Positions 38,683 to 48,758 of a stretch of 64,000 nucleotides of DNA are shown in pieces (position 1 is the first letter of the stretch; each line of letters starts with the position of its first letter). Origin of the DNA: an uncultured bacterium (GTDB lineage Bacteria; Fermentibacterota; Fermentibacteria; Fermentibacterales; JCC-6); NCBI GenBank assembly GCA_965371785.1, contig CBDUZS010000002.1, positions 2,362 to 66,361 on the forward strand. Reading direction: 5' to 3'. Below the pieces are notes generated by a model that was given only the letters and a program-made list of their open reading frames with translations, was not told the origin of the DNA and searched no databases. Position numbers and translations under genes: made by a program.

Positions 38683-40154
38683 TGGCACAGGAACCTCTCG
38701 TAGACCTTCTCCTGGTCAGACTGGGCCGTGAAGAGGAAAAAAAGCGGGTCAGGACTCTGCTCGTAAACGGTCTCGGGATGAGCGAGACCGAAGCCGATGA
38801 AGCCGTCGAGAATTCCCCTTCAGTTCTCAGAGAAGCAATTCCGATGGTCGAAGCCCGTGATATCCAGAAAAGACTCTACCCGTTTATCGACCTCCTTCCG
38901 CGGATAGACGAAACGACTGAACCGCCTCCTCCGAAACCCGAGGAACCGGCCAGGGAGGGAATCGAGGAAGAAAAGGAAGAAGAGGCGGAAGAGGACTTCA
39001 CTTCCGGAATCGATGAAGAACATCTCGAATTCGACATCCTGGCTTCTGGACCTCCGCCTTCGGATCCGGTCAGGAATAGTGATTCCGCTTCCTCGGAATC
39101 AGACGTCGAGCAGGACCTCATCCTTACCTCTGCCAAACAGGAAATGCTTCAGATCGATAGATGCCATGTCTGTGGCAGAACACCGACCGATGGCGAAAAG
39201 CTTGCGCCCTGCAGGGCCTGCGGCTCCCTGACCTGCCGTGATTGCTTCGATCGGGCGGCCCATGTCTGCGAGAAGTGCGCTACGGACGGCAAAGTAGTCA
39301 GCCACGCTCTTGCGGGAACTCCGGAGTACATCAGCAAGCATGATCATCATCTCGATTCCGATGCTCCCGAGACCGTTCAAGAGAAAGAGAAAGCCTCGAA
39401 ATCCGGTCTGATGAAGATCCTCGTTCCCGTCTGTATCCTGCTTGCTCTGGGAGCTGCGTTCTACTTCGTTGACCCCATGAATCTCTTTGCCGGTGATGAA
39501 CGGGAAGACAGCGGCACGGTTCCTCTCGACACGACGTTTGTAGATACGACCGCAGTCGACACGGTTGCTGTAACTCCGGATACGTCCGAAGTCGTCTCTC
39601 CGGACAGTCTGCAGATCCTCCCGGACACAATCCTGGTCGTCGAGTCCGTGAATCCCCTCGGTCTGACATCACTCACGCTGCCCGACAGTCTTGTTCAGCC
39701 GGATGTGGTTTACTCCATCGAGGTCGTCGAAAGATTCTCATCGAGAGAGATCGATATGATGAACGAGGAACTCATCATCATTGCCACTCCGATCGAGCAG
39801 TACGCAGCACTGTGCAATCTGACCATAGACAGACTCACACTCGTGAGAATTGATGGATACGTTGTGCTTGCCATGTCCGTTCTCCATCCCGAGGATAACA
39901 CGAACAGGTACAAATTCCTGAACTACATTGCTGGTTTTCTGTACTCCTCGGATGTAGACCAGTTCGTTTTCTATTACAGGGAGAACAGGTTCCAGAATAC
40001 CAGCATTCTCACGTACACCAACGATATATTCGGCGAACTACGGACGGCAACCAGCCCACAGAATTTCCAGATGTTCGCAGGCAGCCAGGGGGGCACAGTC
40101 TGGGAGTCAGTCTCCGGAGAATTACAGGACACTCTGACCGAAGCCGTGCAGTAG
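38682..40154 (+). CDS. hypothetical single-pass membrane protein with cytoplasmic zinc-ribbon (2×CxxC), translationally coupled to the mglA-like gene
   Basis: 490 aa. N-terminal ~75 aa resemble the ribosomal L7/L12 C-terminal-domain fold (VRTLLVNGLGMSETEADEAVENSPSVLREAIPMVEARDIQKRL). Acidic/Pro-rich linker. CHVCGRT...CRACGSLTCRDCFDRAAHVCEKC zinc ribbon. TM helix ILVPVCILLALGAAFYFV. About 230-aa extracytoplasmic domain. ATG overlaps the mglA stop (TGATG). Confidence 0.6.
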   Translation: MAQEPLVDLLLVRLGREEEKKRVRTLLVNGLGMSETEADEAVENSPSVLREAIPMVEARDIQKRLYPFIDLLPRIDETTEPPPPKPEEPAREGIEEEKEEEAEEDFTSGIDEEHLEFDILASGPPPSDPVRNSDSASSESDVEQDLILTSAKQEMLQIDRCHVCGRTPTDGEKLAPCRACGSLTCRDCFDRAAHVCEKCATDGKVVSHALAGTPEYISKHDHHLDSDAPETVQEKEKASKSGLMKILVPVCILLALGAAFYFVDPMNLFAGDEREDSGTVPLDTTFVDTTAVDTVAVTPDTSEVVSPDSLQILPDTILVVESVNPLGLTSLTLPDSLVQPDVVYSIEVVERFSSREIDMMNEELIIIATPIEQYAALCNLTIDRLTLVRIDGYVVLAMSVLHPEDNTNRYKFLNYIAGFLYSSDVDQFVFYYRENRFQNTSILTYTNDIFGELRTATSPQNFQMFAGSQGGTVWESVSGELQDTLTEAVQ

Positions 40155-40213
40155 AATCTTTCTCAATAATATGGAAGACGTGACATCTCAGCACTGTCGC
40201 GACAAGAGGGGCA

Positions 40214-42421
40214 ATGCCGAAGCGCAAGAATAAACTGGTGATAATCGAGTCTCCGGGAAAAGCCAGGACCCTTGTGAGTTATCTGGGGCCGGAATACGAG
40301 GTAATCGCTTCCGTCGGCCACGTGCGTGATCTGCCAAGGAACCGCATTGGTGTATCGGAGGAAAACGGCTTCAAGCCAACCTATACCGTGCTCCCCGAGC
40401 AGAGAAAAACGGTGGCCAGGCTCAAGAAGACAGCTTCCCGTTTCAAGACAATCTACCTTGCGGCCGATCCGGACAGGGAAGGTGAAGCCATATGCTGGCA
40501 CCTCTCCCAGCTTCTCGCTGGTGAGAACAGGGTGTTTCGGAGGCTGAGGTTCAACGCTGTCACTCGAAAGGCTGTTCTGGACGCAGTGAAGCATCCCAGC
40601 AGACTTGACATGGATCTGGTCGATGCCCAGCAGGCGAGAAGGGTAATGGACAGGCTGGTGGGTTACAGGGTGAGCCCCTACCTCTGGAGAACCATTGGCA
40701 AGGGCTTGAGCGCAGGACGAGTGCAGACGGTTGCCCTTAGATTGATCAGAGAGCGAGAGGACCACATAGAAGCCTTTGTGCCACGGGAGTACTGGCCTGT
40801 GACTGCCGATTTCGATGTCGAAGGCGCAACGTTCAGGGGCAGCCTTGTAAGAGTGGACGGAGCCCCGGCAAACGGTGAGAAACACTCTCCCACGGACAGG
40901 GGAGAGGTCGACAGACTCCTTCCGAGGATCAGGAAGGCGGACTGGACCCTCTCATCGGTAGAAACAAAGACTCTCAACCGAAAACCGGGTCCCCCGTTCA
41001 TAACTAGTACACTGCAGGCTGCTGCATCACAGCGCCTTTCGATGGCTCCCTCCAGGACCATGCGCTGCGCCCAGCAGCTCTACGAAGGGCTGCCTGCAGC
41101 AGGAGAAGCATCGACAGGACTCATCACTTACATGAGAACCGATTCGGTCAGGATAAGCTCTACGGCAATATCCGATTGCCGTAAGTACATTTCTGCCACA
41201 TGGGGTGAAGGCGCCACAGCGAAAAAACCAAGAAGGTTCCGAAGCTCGGGCGGCGCACAGGACGCTCACGAAGCGATCAGGCCCGTAGATCCTTCACTTA
41301 CACCGGATTCACTGAAAAGCACACTATCGAAGGACCAGCACCGTCTCTACGATCTCATCTGGAGGCGCTTCGTAGCCACTCAGATGCGAGATGCAGAGAT
41401 AGAGCGAACGGTACTGTCGTTCCAGGGAGACGGGCTGGAATTCCATTGTTCAGGAGAACTGCTGACAGAGGACGGATTCACGGTGGTGGACCCTTCTCAG
41501 CTCAGGAAGGAAGCCATGCTCCCGAGCCGGCCTTCCAGAGGCAGAGCGGAATGCGTTGACGTTCAGACGGAGCAGAAATTTACCTCTCCGTTACCCAGAT
41601 TCACTGAAGCCGGTCTTGTCTCCGAGATGAAGAAAAAGGGCATCGGAAGACCATCTACGTACGTTTCCATCATATCCACGCTCAGGAAGAGGAAGTACAT
41701 CGAATCCTCAGAGCGAAAGCTGCATCCGACCGAACTTGGTTCCACCGTTGTCAGACTTCTCATCGAGCTCTTTCCCCACATCTTCGAGATCGGTTTCACG
41801 GCCGAGATGGAGAAGCTCCTCGATTCGATTGCGAAGGGGAAGATGGGCTACACTGAAGCCCTCGAGAAGTTGAGTCTGCCGCTGACGTCATCACTCGAAC
41901 TTGCTCTTACACGCCTGTCAGAAGTCAGGGACAGCCTTGCCGAGAAAAGTGACGAGAACTGCCCGAAATGCGGACGTTCACTCGTCATCAAATGGGGACA
42001 ATACGGCAAATTCTATGCCTGCACGGGATTCCCCGACTGCAGGTATACCGGACCGGTTGAAGCTCCCGATACCGCTCTTTTTGCCGACAGAGCCTGTCCG
42101 GTTTGCGGTGGTTCCCTGGTTCTCAGAAACGGCAGGTACGGAACCTATCTCTCCTGCATGAACTCACCCGAATGCAAGCATTCCGAGCCGGTTCCGACCG
42201 GTGTTTCATGCCCGGCCGAGAACTGCTCCGGAGAACTCGTCGAGCGCAGGTCGAGAAAGGGAAAACAGTTCTTCTCCTGCAACAGGTACCCTCATTGCGA
42301 CTACGCCCTCTGGAACAGACCAGTCGGCCGCACCTGTCCCAAGTGCGGTTTTCCGCTCCTCGAGAAGAGAGTGAAGGGAATCTACTGTCCGAGATGCAGA
42401 AAGAAGATAGAGGAGCCATAG
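40214..42421 (+). CDS. topA: DNA topoisomerase I with C-terminal zinc-ribbon repeats
   Basis: LVIIESPGKARTL TOPRIM N-terminus. Active-site region GLITYMRTDS. Four C4 zinc ribbons at the C-terminus. Confidence 0.95.
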   Translation: MPKRKNKLVIIESPGKARTLVSYLGPEYEVIASVGHVRDLPRNRIGVSEENGFKPTYTVLPEQRKTVARLKKTASRFKTIYLAADPDREGEAICWHLSQLLAGENRVFRRLRFNAVTRKAVLDAVKHPSRLDMDLVDAQQARRVMDRLVGYRVSPYLWRTIGKGLSAGRVQTVALRLIREREDHIEAFVPREYWPVTADFDVEGATFRGSLVRVDGAPANGEKHSPTDRGEVDRLLPRIRKADWTLSSVETKTLNRKPGPPFITSTLQAAASQRLSMAPSRTMRCAQQLYEGLPAAGEASTGLITYMRTDSVRISSTAISDCRKYISATWGEGATAKKPRRFRSSGGAQDAHEAIRPVDPSLTPDSLKSTLSKDQHRLYDLIWRRFVATQMRDAEIERTVLSFQGDGLEFHCSGELLTEDGFTVVDPSQLRKEAMLPSRPSRGRAECVDVQTEQKFTSPLPRFTEAGLVSEMKKKGIGRPSTYVSIISTLRKRKYIESSERKLHPTELGSTVVRLLIELFPHIFEIGFTAEMEKLLDSIAKGKMGYTEALEKLSLPLTSSLELALTRLSEVRDSLAEKSDENCPKCGRSLVIKWGQYGKFYACTGFPDCRYTGPVEAPDTALFADRACPVCGGSLVLRNGRYGTYLSCMNSPECKHSEPVPTGVSCPAENCSGELVERRSRKGKQFFSCNRYPHCDYALWNRPVGRTCPKCGFPLLEKRVKGIYCPRCRKKIEEP

Positions 42422-43290
42422 AGGTTTTCTGCGATGACATGCTCCTGGGCAGAGGGCTCTCAACGCTCACTGTGAAGGCATACAGGACGGACCTGGAGAA
42501 ATTTCACACATGGTGTGACGGGGAAGTAACAGATAACTTCACACTCCCGAAACTCCGGGGATTCATCAGGCACGAAACGACCAGGGGACTGGGATCAGGT
42601 TCCATATCCAGAACGATATCCGCGCTGAGGACGTTCAGCCGGTGGCTCATGGAAACCGGCAGACTCGACAGCGATCCCGCAAGACTGCTGACCATGCCCC
42701 GGGTTCACAGGAACCTTCCCGGATTTCTCAGTATATCAGAGGTGACACAGGTCATAGAGAGCTATGACACGTCCACACTTCTCGGGATGAGGAACCGGGC
42801 TCTGGTCGAGCTGCTCTACGGAACCGGTGTAAGGGCATCTGAAGCGGCATCGGTCATGCTCATGGATCTGGACCTGAGCGGAAAACTGATGCGCGTACTC
42901 GGCAAGGGCAGGAGGGAGAGAGTACTTCCCGTAACGGGAAAAGCGATAGAAGCTCTGGAATCATGGCTTTCACGAAGAGGTGAATTACTCGGAACCTCAG
43001 AGGACCCGGGTACGGTGTTCATCAGCGTAAGGGGAAGGAAACTTGACCCCAGAGATGTTCGACGTATTGTTGCCATCGGTGTGAAGAAAGCTGCCAGAGC
43101 GGCGGGAGCCACACCGCATACGTTCCGACACAGTTTTGCCACACATCTTCTGGACAGGGGAGCTGATCTGAGAGCGGTACAGGACATGCTTGGCCACGCG
43201 AGTCTGTCTACAACACAGATTTATACACATCTTACCGCAGAGCGGCTCAGGAAAGCTTACAGGAAGGCACACCCCAGGGGGGAAGAGTGA
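42394..43290 (+). CDS. site-specific tyrosine recombinase XerC/XerD family
   Basis: MQKEDRGAIEVFCDDMLLGRGLSTLTVKAYRTDL. Catalytic R...HxxR...Y set (GVRASE, HTFRHSFATHLL, LGHASLSTTQIYTHL). Start overlaps the topA 3' end by ~28 nt. Confidence 0.85.
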   Translation: MQKEDRGAIEVFCDDMLLGRGLSTLTVKAYRTDLEKFHTWCDGEVTDNFTLPKLRGFIRHETTRGLGSGSISRTISALRTFSRWLMETGRLDSDPARLLTMPRVHRNLPGFLSISEVTQVIESYDTSTLLGMRNRALVELLYGTGVRASEAASVMLMDLDLSGKLMRVLGKGRRERVLPVTGKAIEALESWLSRRGELLGTSEDPGTVFISVRGRKLDPRDVRRIVAIGVKKAARAAGATPHTFRHSFATHLLDRGADLRAVQDMLGHASLSTTQIYTHLTAERLRKAYRKAHPRGEE

Positions 43291-46200
43291 AAACAGAAGG
43301 ACTTCTCGATTCTGACAGGAAAACGGTTCGAACGGATCGGCTACTCGTTCTGCTCACTGCCCTGATAGCCGCAGCTGTCTACATGTCAACGCTCGCATCC
43401 ACGGTCAGCTTCTGGGACAGCGGGGAATACATTACATGTTCATGGGTTGCAGGAGTTCCTCATCCTCCGGGTGTACCGCTTTTCGTTCTCAGCGGAAGGT
43501 TCAGCACGCTGCTCTTCTCATTCCTTCCCTCGATAGCCCAGAGAGTCAACCTGCTCTGCGCTCTTTCAGGCGTGATATCCATTGCCCTCGTATCCCGGCT
43601 CGTTCAGCGCTGGGCGCATCGGATGGGTTTCTCCTCCTCTACTTACAGACCCATGTCGATGCTTGCAGGTCTCCTTTCGGCATTCAGCTACAGTGTCTGG
43701 AGGAACAACAACGGCACTGAAACCTATGCGGTGGCACTTCTTCTTTCGATGATCATTCTCTGGGTTTTCGACCTCTGGCTTGTCCGGAGATCGCATGACC
43801 AGCCGGCAGGCAGACTGCTCCTGCTCCTGGGATATCTCATAACACTGTCCATAGCAAACCATCTCAGTGCGCTGATAGTCGTTGCGCCAATCACTCTTGT
43901 GTACGTTCACTACGCGGTCAGAAAGAAGACCAGGAGCTGGATGAAGCCAGGATTCGTTCTGACTTTCATTGGACTCATGGTCCTTGCGTTCAGCATCCAC
44001 CTCTACATGCCTATCAGAGCGGTCCAGGGACCCGAGATCAACGAAACGAACCCAGGCCAGTGGGAATCCTTCAGACAGGCCCTTGCAAGGGAGCAGTACG
44101 GTCAGGTCTCGATCTTCAGCAGGAAGGGTCCGTTCGGGGAGCAGCTGGCCCTCTACATGGAGTACCTGTCATGGCAGACGGGCAGGCCATCTGCATGGAA
44201 CAGCCTCCTGGGCCGGGGAGGCCAGAGGATCGGAACGGTCATCTGGGTTCTTCTTATGGCAGGTGTCGTCTACGGACTCATTACGCTTGGAGCCAGGCGG
44301 CCCGATTTGCTCCTGTTGATAGGATTCACATTCCTCATGGCCAGCTTTGCGTTCGTGGTGTATCTGAATTTCAAGACCGGACCCGAGGGCACTTCTGCAG
44401 GGGAAGTGCGGGAAAGGGATTACTTCTTTGGTGCATCCTTCGTTTTCTTTGCCATGCTGGCTTCCATCGGACTCGTCTCCGCTCTCAGGGAGCTCATCAG
44501 AAAAAGGAGGAGGAGGTACATCTGGGCTCTGATGCTGATTCCCGCAGTCAGCCTTGCCGTGAATTACCATCGATGCGACCGATCTGGTGATTTCATTGCC
44601 CACGACTACGGTGTTAACCTGCTCGAATCCTGCAGTGAAGGCGCCGTACTCATCACCAACGGCGACAACGATACTTTCCCGCTCTGGTTTGCCCAGGGCG
44701 TTCTGGGTGTCAGGAGAGACGTGATCGTGAGCAATCTCAGCCTCATGAACACTCCATGGTATACAGAGCAGCTTATCGAGCGCGATTCCCTGCTCCTGAG
44801 CTACGGCGCAACCGATCTCGTGGACTCCCTCCGGGCGATATTCATCTGGGGCCCCGATTTCTTCCATGTCGGGGCCGAAGCCCTTCCGGAATGGAGCAAC
44901 GCCGATAATCTCGTACTCAGGTCTACATTCGATCAGAAATGGCCATGGGCTGTCATATCCGAAGAATTTGCCGCAGTTGTACCCAACATGGGGCTGGGGT
45001 CACAGGGAGCGGTTCCAATGCAGGATCTTCTGCTCTTCGACATGATCAGCAATCAGTCCGTCCACGGGAGAGACATATACTTTGCCGGAACGGTTGCCAC
45101 CGACAACAGGGCCTACTTCCAGGATTACCTCGAAATGGAGGGCATAGCTTTTCACCTGGTCGATCACCCCGTCATCGAGGCAGTCAATTCTGAACGCGGC
45201 TGGGATCTCCTTGACAGCTACCAGTACACGGGACTCGACGATCCTGACGTATTCAAGGGCGATCAGGCCAGACAGCTGGCCAGGAATTACGTTTCGGCCT
45301 GTCACAGGCTTGCCTACCATCATATCGCAGCCGGTGAGCCCGAACAGGTAGCCAGGGCTCTCCAGATGGCAGAACAGATCATGATCACCATGCAGGATGA
45401 ATGGCACCAGATACTTCCCCAGCAGTCCCTTATAGAGGCAAGGCTTGTCGATGGTCTATATGGTCCGCAAGCCGCAATCGACACGATTTTCCTCCGCGCA
45501 GACAAGGTTTCTGCCTGGGCCAGCCGGACTGGAAACACCAGGATGGCAGGCGCCGCGATGGGCCTGGTGCAGATTTCCGAGGAGTTTCAGCAGGAACAGG
45601 CTTTCAGAGAGGTTATCGCGGATCTGGATAACGGATCCGTGGCCTCGGCCTGGCTTCGAATCGAAGTCGATCTCTCCTTCGGGAACTTCATCTCGGCCTG
45701 GAACGTCTACGCAGAGCTCGAAAGGGATCACCCGGACGATCCATTGCTGCCTCTCGTAGGCGACTTCCTCGAAACCGCAGCTTCCGGAATGAGTATTCAT
45801 ACGCGCCTGAACCTGACGAGAAGCGCTGTATTCACCGTTTTCGAATTCTACGACCAGGAAGTCCAGGACAGGTTCGTATGGACCGAAGAGATAGAACTCG
45901 AGCCGGTTCTCATGGCGGTCACGTCACACCTGGCGGAAGGCAGAATTCTGCCCGGCTGCGCGGCCGGGCTTCTACTCGCCGAGAGAATAGCCGACCCCTA
46001 CGAACGCGGCATGGTCGGCAGCTACATCGAATGGATTCTTTCCGAGCCCGACGGAGCGGTTGAACTTGCCGTCTGGTTCCTCCTAGAAGGAAACAGATCA
46101 TCCTGGGAATCGGTTGCCTGGCAGAGCATTCGAGTCGGCAACTACCCACTTGGATGGCTGGCTCTGAGTCTTTCCGGAAGTACTTCCACGGAAGCTCTGG

Positions 46201-46301
46201 AGAGTCTTCTCCACTCTCCTGACGCCTATCTGAACGGCATGCCGGAACCGGGCATGGCCAGAGGCGTCTACTCGTGGACGAACGCATTGATTGGAGACTG
46301 A
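43287..46301 (+). CDS. DUF2723/TMEM260-like polytopic membrane protein (GT-C-type glycosyltransferase-like) with large C-terminal TPR-like domain
   Basis: 1004 aa. N-terminal FWDSGEYI motif, characteristic of DUF2723. About 11 TM helices. About 600-aa soluble C-terminal region with TPR-like helical repeats. GTGA overlap with the recombinase gene. Confidence 0.7.
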   Translation: MKTEGLLDSDRKTVRTDRLLVLLTALIAAAVYMSTLASTVSFWDSGEYITCSWVAGVPHPPGVPLFVLSGRFSTLLFSFLPSIAQRVNLLCALSGVISIALVSRLVQRWAHRMGFSSSTYRPMSMLAGLLSAFSYSVWRNNNGTETYAVALLLSMIILWVFDLWLVRRSHDQPAGRLLLLLGYLITLSIANHLSALIVVAPITLVYVHYAVRKKTRSWMKPGFVLTFIGLMVLAFSIHLYMPIRAVQGPEINETNPGQWESFRQALAREQYGQVSIFSRKGPFGEQLALYMEYLSWQTGRPSAWNSLLGRGGQRIGTVIWVLLMAGVVYGLITLGARRPDLLLLIGFTFLMASFAFVVYLNFKTGPEGTSAGEVRERDYFFGASFVFFAMLASIGLVSALRELIRKRRRRYIWALMLIPAVSLAVNYHRCDRSGDFIAHDYGVNLLESCSEGAVLITNGDNDTFPLWFAQGVLGVRRDVIVSNLSLMNTPWYTEQLIERDSLLLSYGATDLVDSLRAIFIWGPDFFHVGAEALPEWSNADNLVLRSTFDQKWPWAVISEEFAAVVPNMGLGSQGAVPMQDLLLFDMISNQSVHGRDIYFAGTVATDNRAYFQDYLEMEGIAFHLVDHPVIEAVNSERGWDLLDSYQYTGLDDPDVFKGDQARQLARNYVSACHRLAYHHIAAGEPEQVARALQMAEQIMITMQDEWHQILPQQSLIEARLVDGLYGPQAAIDTIFLRADKVSAWASRTGNTRMAGAAMGLVQISEEFQQEQAFREVIADLDNGSVASAWLRIEVDLSFGNFISAWNVYAELERDHPDDPLLPLVGDFLETAASGMSIHTRLNLTRSAVFTVFEFYDQEVQDRFVWTEEIELEPVLMAVTSHLAEGRILPGCAAGLLLAERIADPYERGMVGSYIEWILSEPDGAVELAVWFLLEGNRSSWESVAWQSIRVGNYPLGWLALSLSGSTSTEALESLLHSPDAYLNGMPEPGMARGVYSWTNALIGD

Positions 46302-46836
46302 CTTGAAAATACATGCCACGACGGTAATAGGCATCGTGAGAAACGGCAGGGCCGCAATGGCTGCCGACGGCCAGGTTACGCTTGGCGACACCATCGTAAA
46401 GAATACCGCAATGAAGATAAGGAAACTGAGTAACGGAAGTGTACTGGTAGGATTTTCCGGTACCGGGGCGGATGCATTTGCGCTGGTCGAAAGACTCGAA
46501 GAAAAACTCGAGGCGTTCAGGGGGAATCTCCCGAGGGCAGCGGTCGAACTGGCCAGGGAATGGAGATCGGACAAGTACCTGAGAGAGCTCAACGCTCTTC
46601 TTGCGGCAATCGACAAGAACCATTCCCTCCTGATCGGAGGTTCAGGTGAAGTCGTCGAAGCCCCGGACGGAATAGTAAGCGTCGGATCGGGCCATGCATA
46701 TGCCCTGGCTGCAGCCAGAGCGCTGGACACACATACGAACATGACCCCTGCAAGAATCGCAAAGGAAAGCATTGCCATAGCCTGCGACATCTGTATCTAC
46801 ACCGGGGGAGACATCCAGGTGGAGGAAATATGCTGA
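46291..46836 (+). CDS. hslV: ATP-dependent protease subunit HslV (CodW-like N-terminal extension)
   Basis: ...KIHATTVIGIVRNGRAAMAADGQVTLG...GFSGTGADAF...GSGHAYALAAARAL. The catalytic Thr pair is preceded by IHA, as in B. subtilis CodW (SSFHATT). Start is TTG at 46291 or 46303. Confidence 0.9.
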   Translation: METDLKIHATTVIGIVRNGRAAMAADGQVTLGDTIVKNTAMKIRKLSNGSVLVGFSGTGADAFALVERLEEKLEAFRGNLPRAAVELAREWRSDKYLRELNALLAAIDKNHSLLIGGSGEVVEAPDGIVSVGSGHAYALAAARALDTHTNMTPARIAKESIAIACDICIYTGGDIQVEEIC

Positions 46837-48149
46837 AGGCCGACAAGCTTACACCCGTTGAGATAGTGCATTGGCTCGATCGACACGTCATCGGTCAGGC
46901 CGAAGCTAAGCGCACCGTGTCCATTTCTCTGAGGAACCGCTACAGGAGACGCCTGGTCGAAGAGCCTATGCGCTCTGAGATCTACCCCAGTAACCTGATC
47001 ATGATGGGACCCACGGGTATAGGAAAAACTGAGATCGCCAGAAGACTTGCCACCCTTGTTGGCGCACCGTTCGTGAAGGTCGAGGCCACGAAGTACACCG
47101 AGACTGGCTACGTCGGACGGGATGTGGAGGGTATTGTGCGAGATCTCGTAAGACAGGCCGTGAACCTGGCAGCGAGACATACCAGGAGCAGTAGGAAGGA
47201 GGACGCACAGAAGTCCTCTACGAGGAGACTGCTCGGTGTGCTCAGGAAGAACGGATACGAGAACCTTGCCGACCCCGAACTCAAGCGCCTTCTCGATTCA
47301 GGGAAACTGGACCATGTCGAGCTGGAGCTCTTTCTGACAGACGACATTGCCAGACTCGAGATATTCCCGATGATTCCAGGTGCCGGCTTCGACTCCACCG
47401 CGGGAGAAAACCTCAAGAAGGTGCTGGGAAAGATGATGGGCGGGAAAAGGAAAAGGACAACTCTCAAGGTTACGGAAGCAAGGGAGAAGCTCTTCGAAGA
47501 GGAGATGGGAAGGCTTCTGGACTCCGACGATTACATCGACAGAGGACTCGAGCTCGCCCAGGAAGAGGGAATCATCTTCATCGACGAAATCGACAAGATC
47601 ATTGGCTCAGAAGGCGGGAGTGGTCCCGATGTGTCTCGCCTGGGTGTCCAGAGGGATCTCCTGCCGCTTGTCGAGGGTTCAACGGTGCAGACGCGTTACG
47701 GTCCGGTCAGAACCGATCACATCCTTTTCATTGCAGCAGGCGCGTTTCATGGGTCCAGCCCATCGGATCTCATACCCGAGCTCCAGGGACGTTTTCCTCT
47801 GAGGGTCTCACTGGACCCTCTCAGCGAGGAGGATCTCTTCAGGATACTCACTGAACCCGAGAGCTGTCTTCTGAGGCAGTACACATGCCTTCTCGAATCA
47901 GACGGTGTCGCGCTAAGGCTCGACAGGGGGGCATCACGAGAGGTTGCATCGGTTGCCAAAAGACTCAACGAGGCAACGGAGGACATCGGGGCCAGGAGGC
48001 TCAGACCGGTTCTGACATACCTGTTGGATGAGTATCTCTTTGGCGCACCTGATCTTGTACGCGGGAAGGTCAGGATAACGAAAGCGATATCCAGGGCTCG
48101 CCTTTCGGGGCTTGTTGAAACCTCCAATGAAGGCAATTATATACTCTGA
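46830..48149 (+). CDS. hslU: ATP-dependent protease ATPase subunit HslU
   Basis: LTPVEIVHWLDRHVIGQAEAKR. Walker A MMGPTGIGKTEIARRLA. I-domain. Sensor-2 GARRLRPVL. ATG overlaps the hslV stop. Confidence 0.95.
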   Translation: MLKADKLTPVEIVHWLDRHVIGQAEAKRTVSISLRNRYRRRLVEEPMRSEIYPSNLIMMGPTGIGKTEIARRLATLVGAPFVKVEATKYTETGYVGRDVEGIVRDLVRQAVNLAARHTRSSRKEDAQKSSTRRLLGVLRKNGYENLADPELKRLLDSGKLDHVELELFLTDDIARLEIFPMIPGAGFDSTAGENLKKVLGKMMGGKRKRTTLKVTEAREKLFEEEMGRLLDSDDYIDRGLELAQEEGIIFIDEIDKIIGSEGGSGPDVSRLGVQRDLLPLVEGSTVQTRYGPVRTDHILFIAAGAFHGSSPSDLIPELQGRFPLRVSLDPLSEEDLFRILTEPESCLLRQYTCLLESDGVALRLDRGASREVASVAKRLNEATEDIGARRLRPVLTYLLDEYLFGAPDLVRGKVRITKAISRARLSGLVETSNEGNYIL

Positions 48150-48179
48150 CTCAGGCATCGGTTGAACACTGGAGATGGT

Positions 48180-48758
48180 ATGCACAGATCGGGAAACGAA
48201 GTTGCCTACAAGATCGTATTCTACGGTCCGGGTCTTTCCGGAAAAACGACAAACCTCAGGGGAATCAGGGATTTCATAGCTCCGGAGAACCGCGGTCGCC
48301 TGGTCACGCTCTGCACGCGGGGTGAGAGAACCGTGTTCTTCGATTTCCTTCCGATCAACTTCGCAAACATTGCCGGAACCCGGATCAAGCTGCATCTCTA
48401 CTCCGTACCCGGCCAGGCCTACTACGCGCTCAGCCGTCGTGTGATACTCGATGGCGTCGACGGGCTCGTCTTCGTGGCCGACAGCCAGTTGGAAAGGTCC
48501 GATGCCAATCTCGACACGATGGACGATCTCGATCACAACCTGCAGTCGTACGGGCTCAGACTCCAGAGCATCCCACTTGTCCTCCAGTTCAACAAACGCG
48601 ATCTTCCGGGAATAACTGACGTCGAAACCATGAACATGGATCTCAACAGGAATGGCTGGCCAACCGTCGAATCGGTTGCACTCGGAGGTCATGGTCCCGC
48701 CGAAACCCTCAAAATCATCTCCGCTATCATGGCCAGACGTCATGTCAGCAAGGGCTGA
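48180..48758 (+). CDS. MglA-family Ras-like small GTPase, second paralog
   Basis: MHRSGNEVAYKIVFYGPGLSGKTTN. TVFFDFLP. LHLYSVPGQAYY. FVADSQLERSDAN. NKRDLPG. GGAG 5 nt upstream of ATG 48180; the track start at 48162 is also possible. Confidence 0.8.
   Translation: MHRSGNEVAYKIVFYGPGLSGKTTNLRGIRDFIAPENRGRLVTLCTRGERTVFFDFLPINFANIAGTRIKLHLYSVPGQAYYALSRRVILDGVDGLVFVADSQLERSDANLDTMDDLDHNLQSYGLRLQSIPLVLQFNKRDLPGITDVETMNMDLNRNGWPTVESVALGGHGPAETLKIISAIMARRHVSKG

Noticed and set aside
42394-43290. Tyrosine recombinase as a marker of an integrated mobile element or prophage.
   Set aside because: N-terminal and catalytic motifs match chromosomal XerC/XerD dimer-resolution recombinases. It is translationally embedded between topA and a housekeeping-like membrane gene, with no flanking repeats, tRNA-adjacent att site or phage genes.
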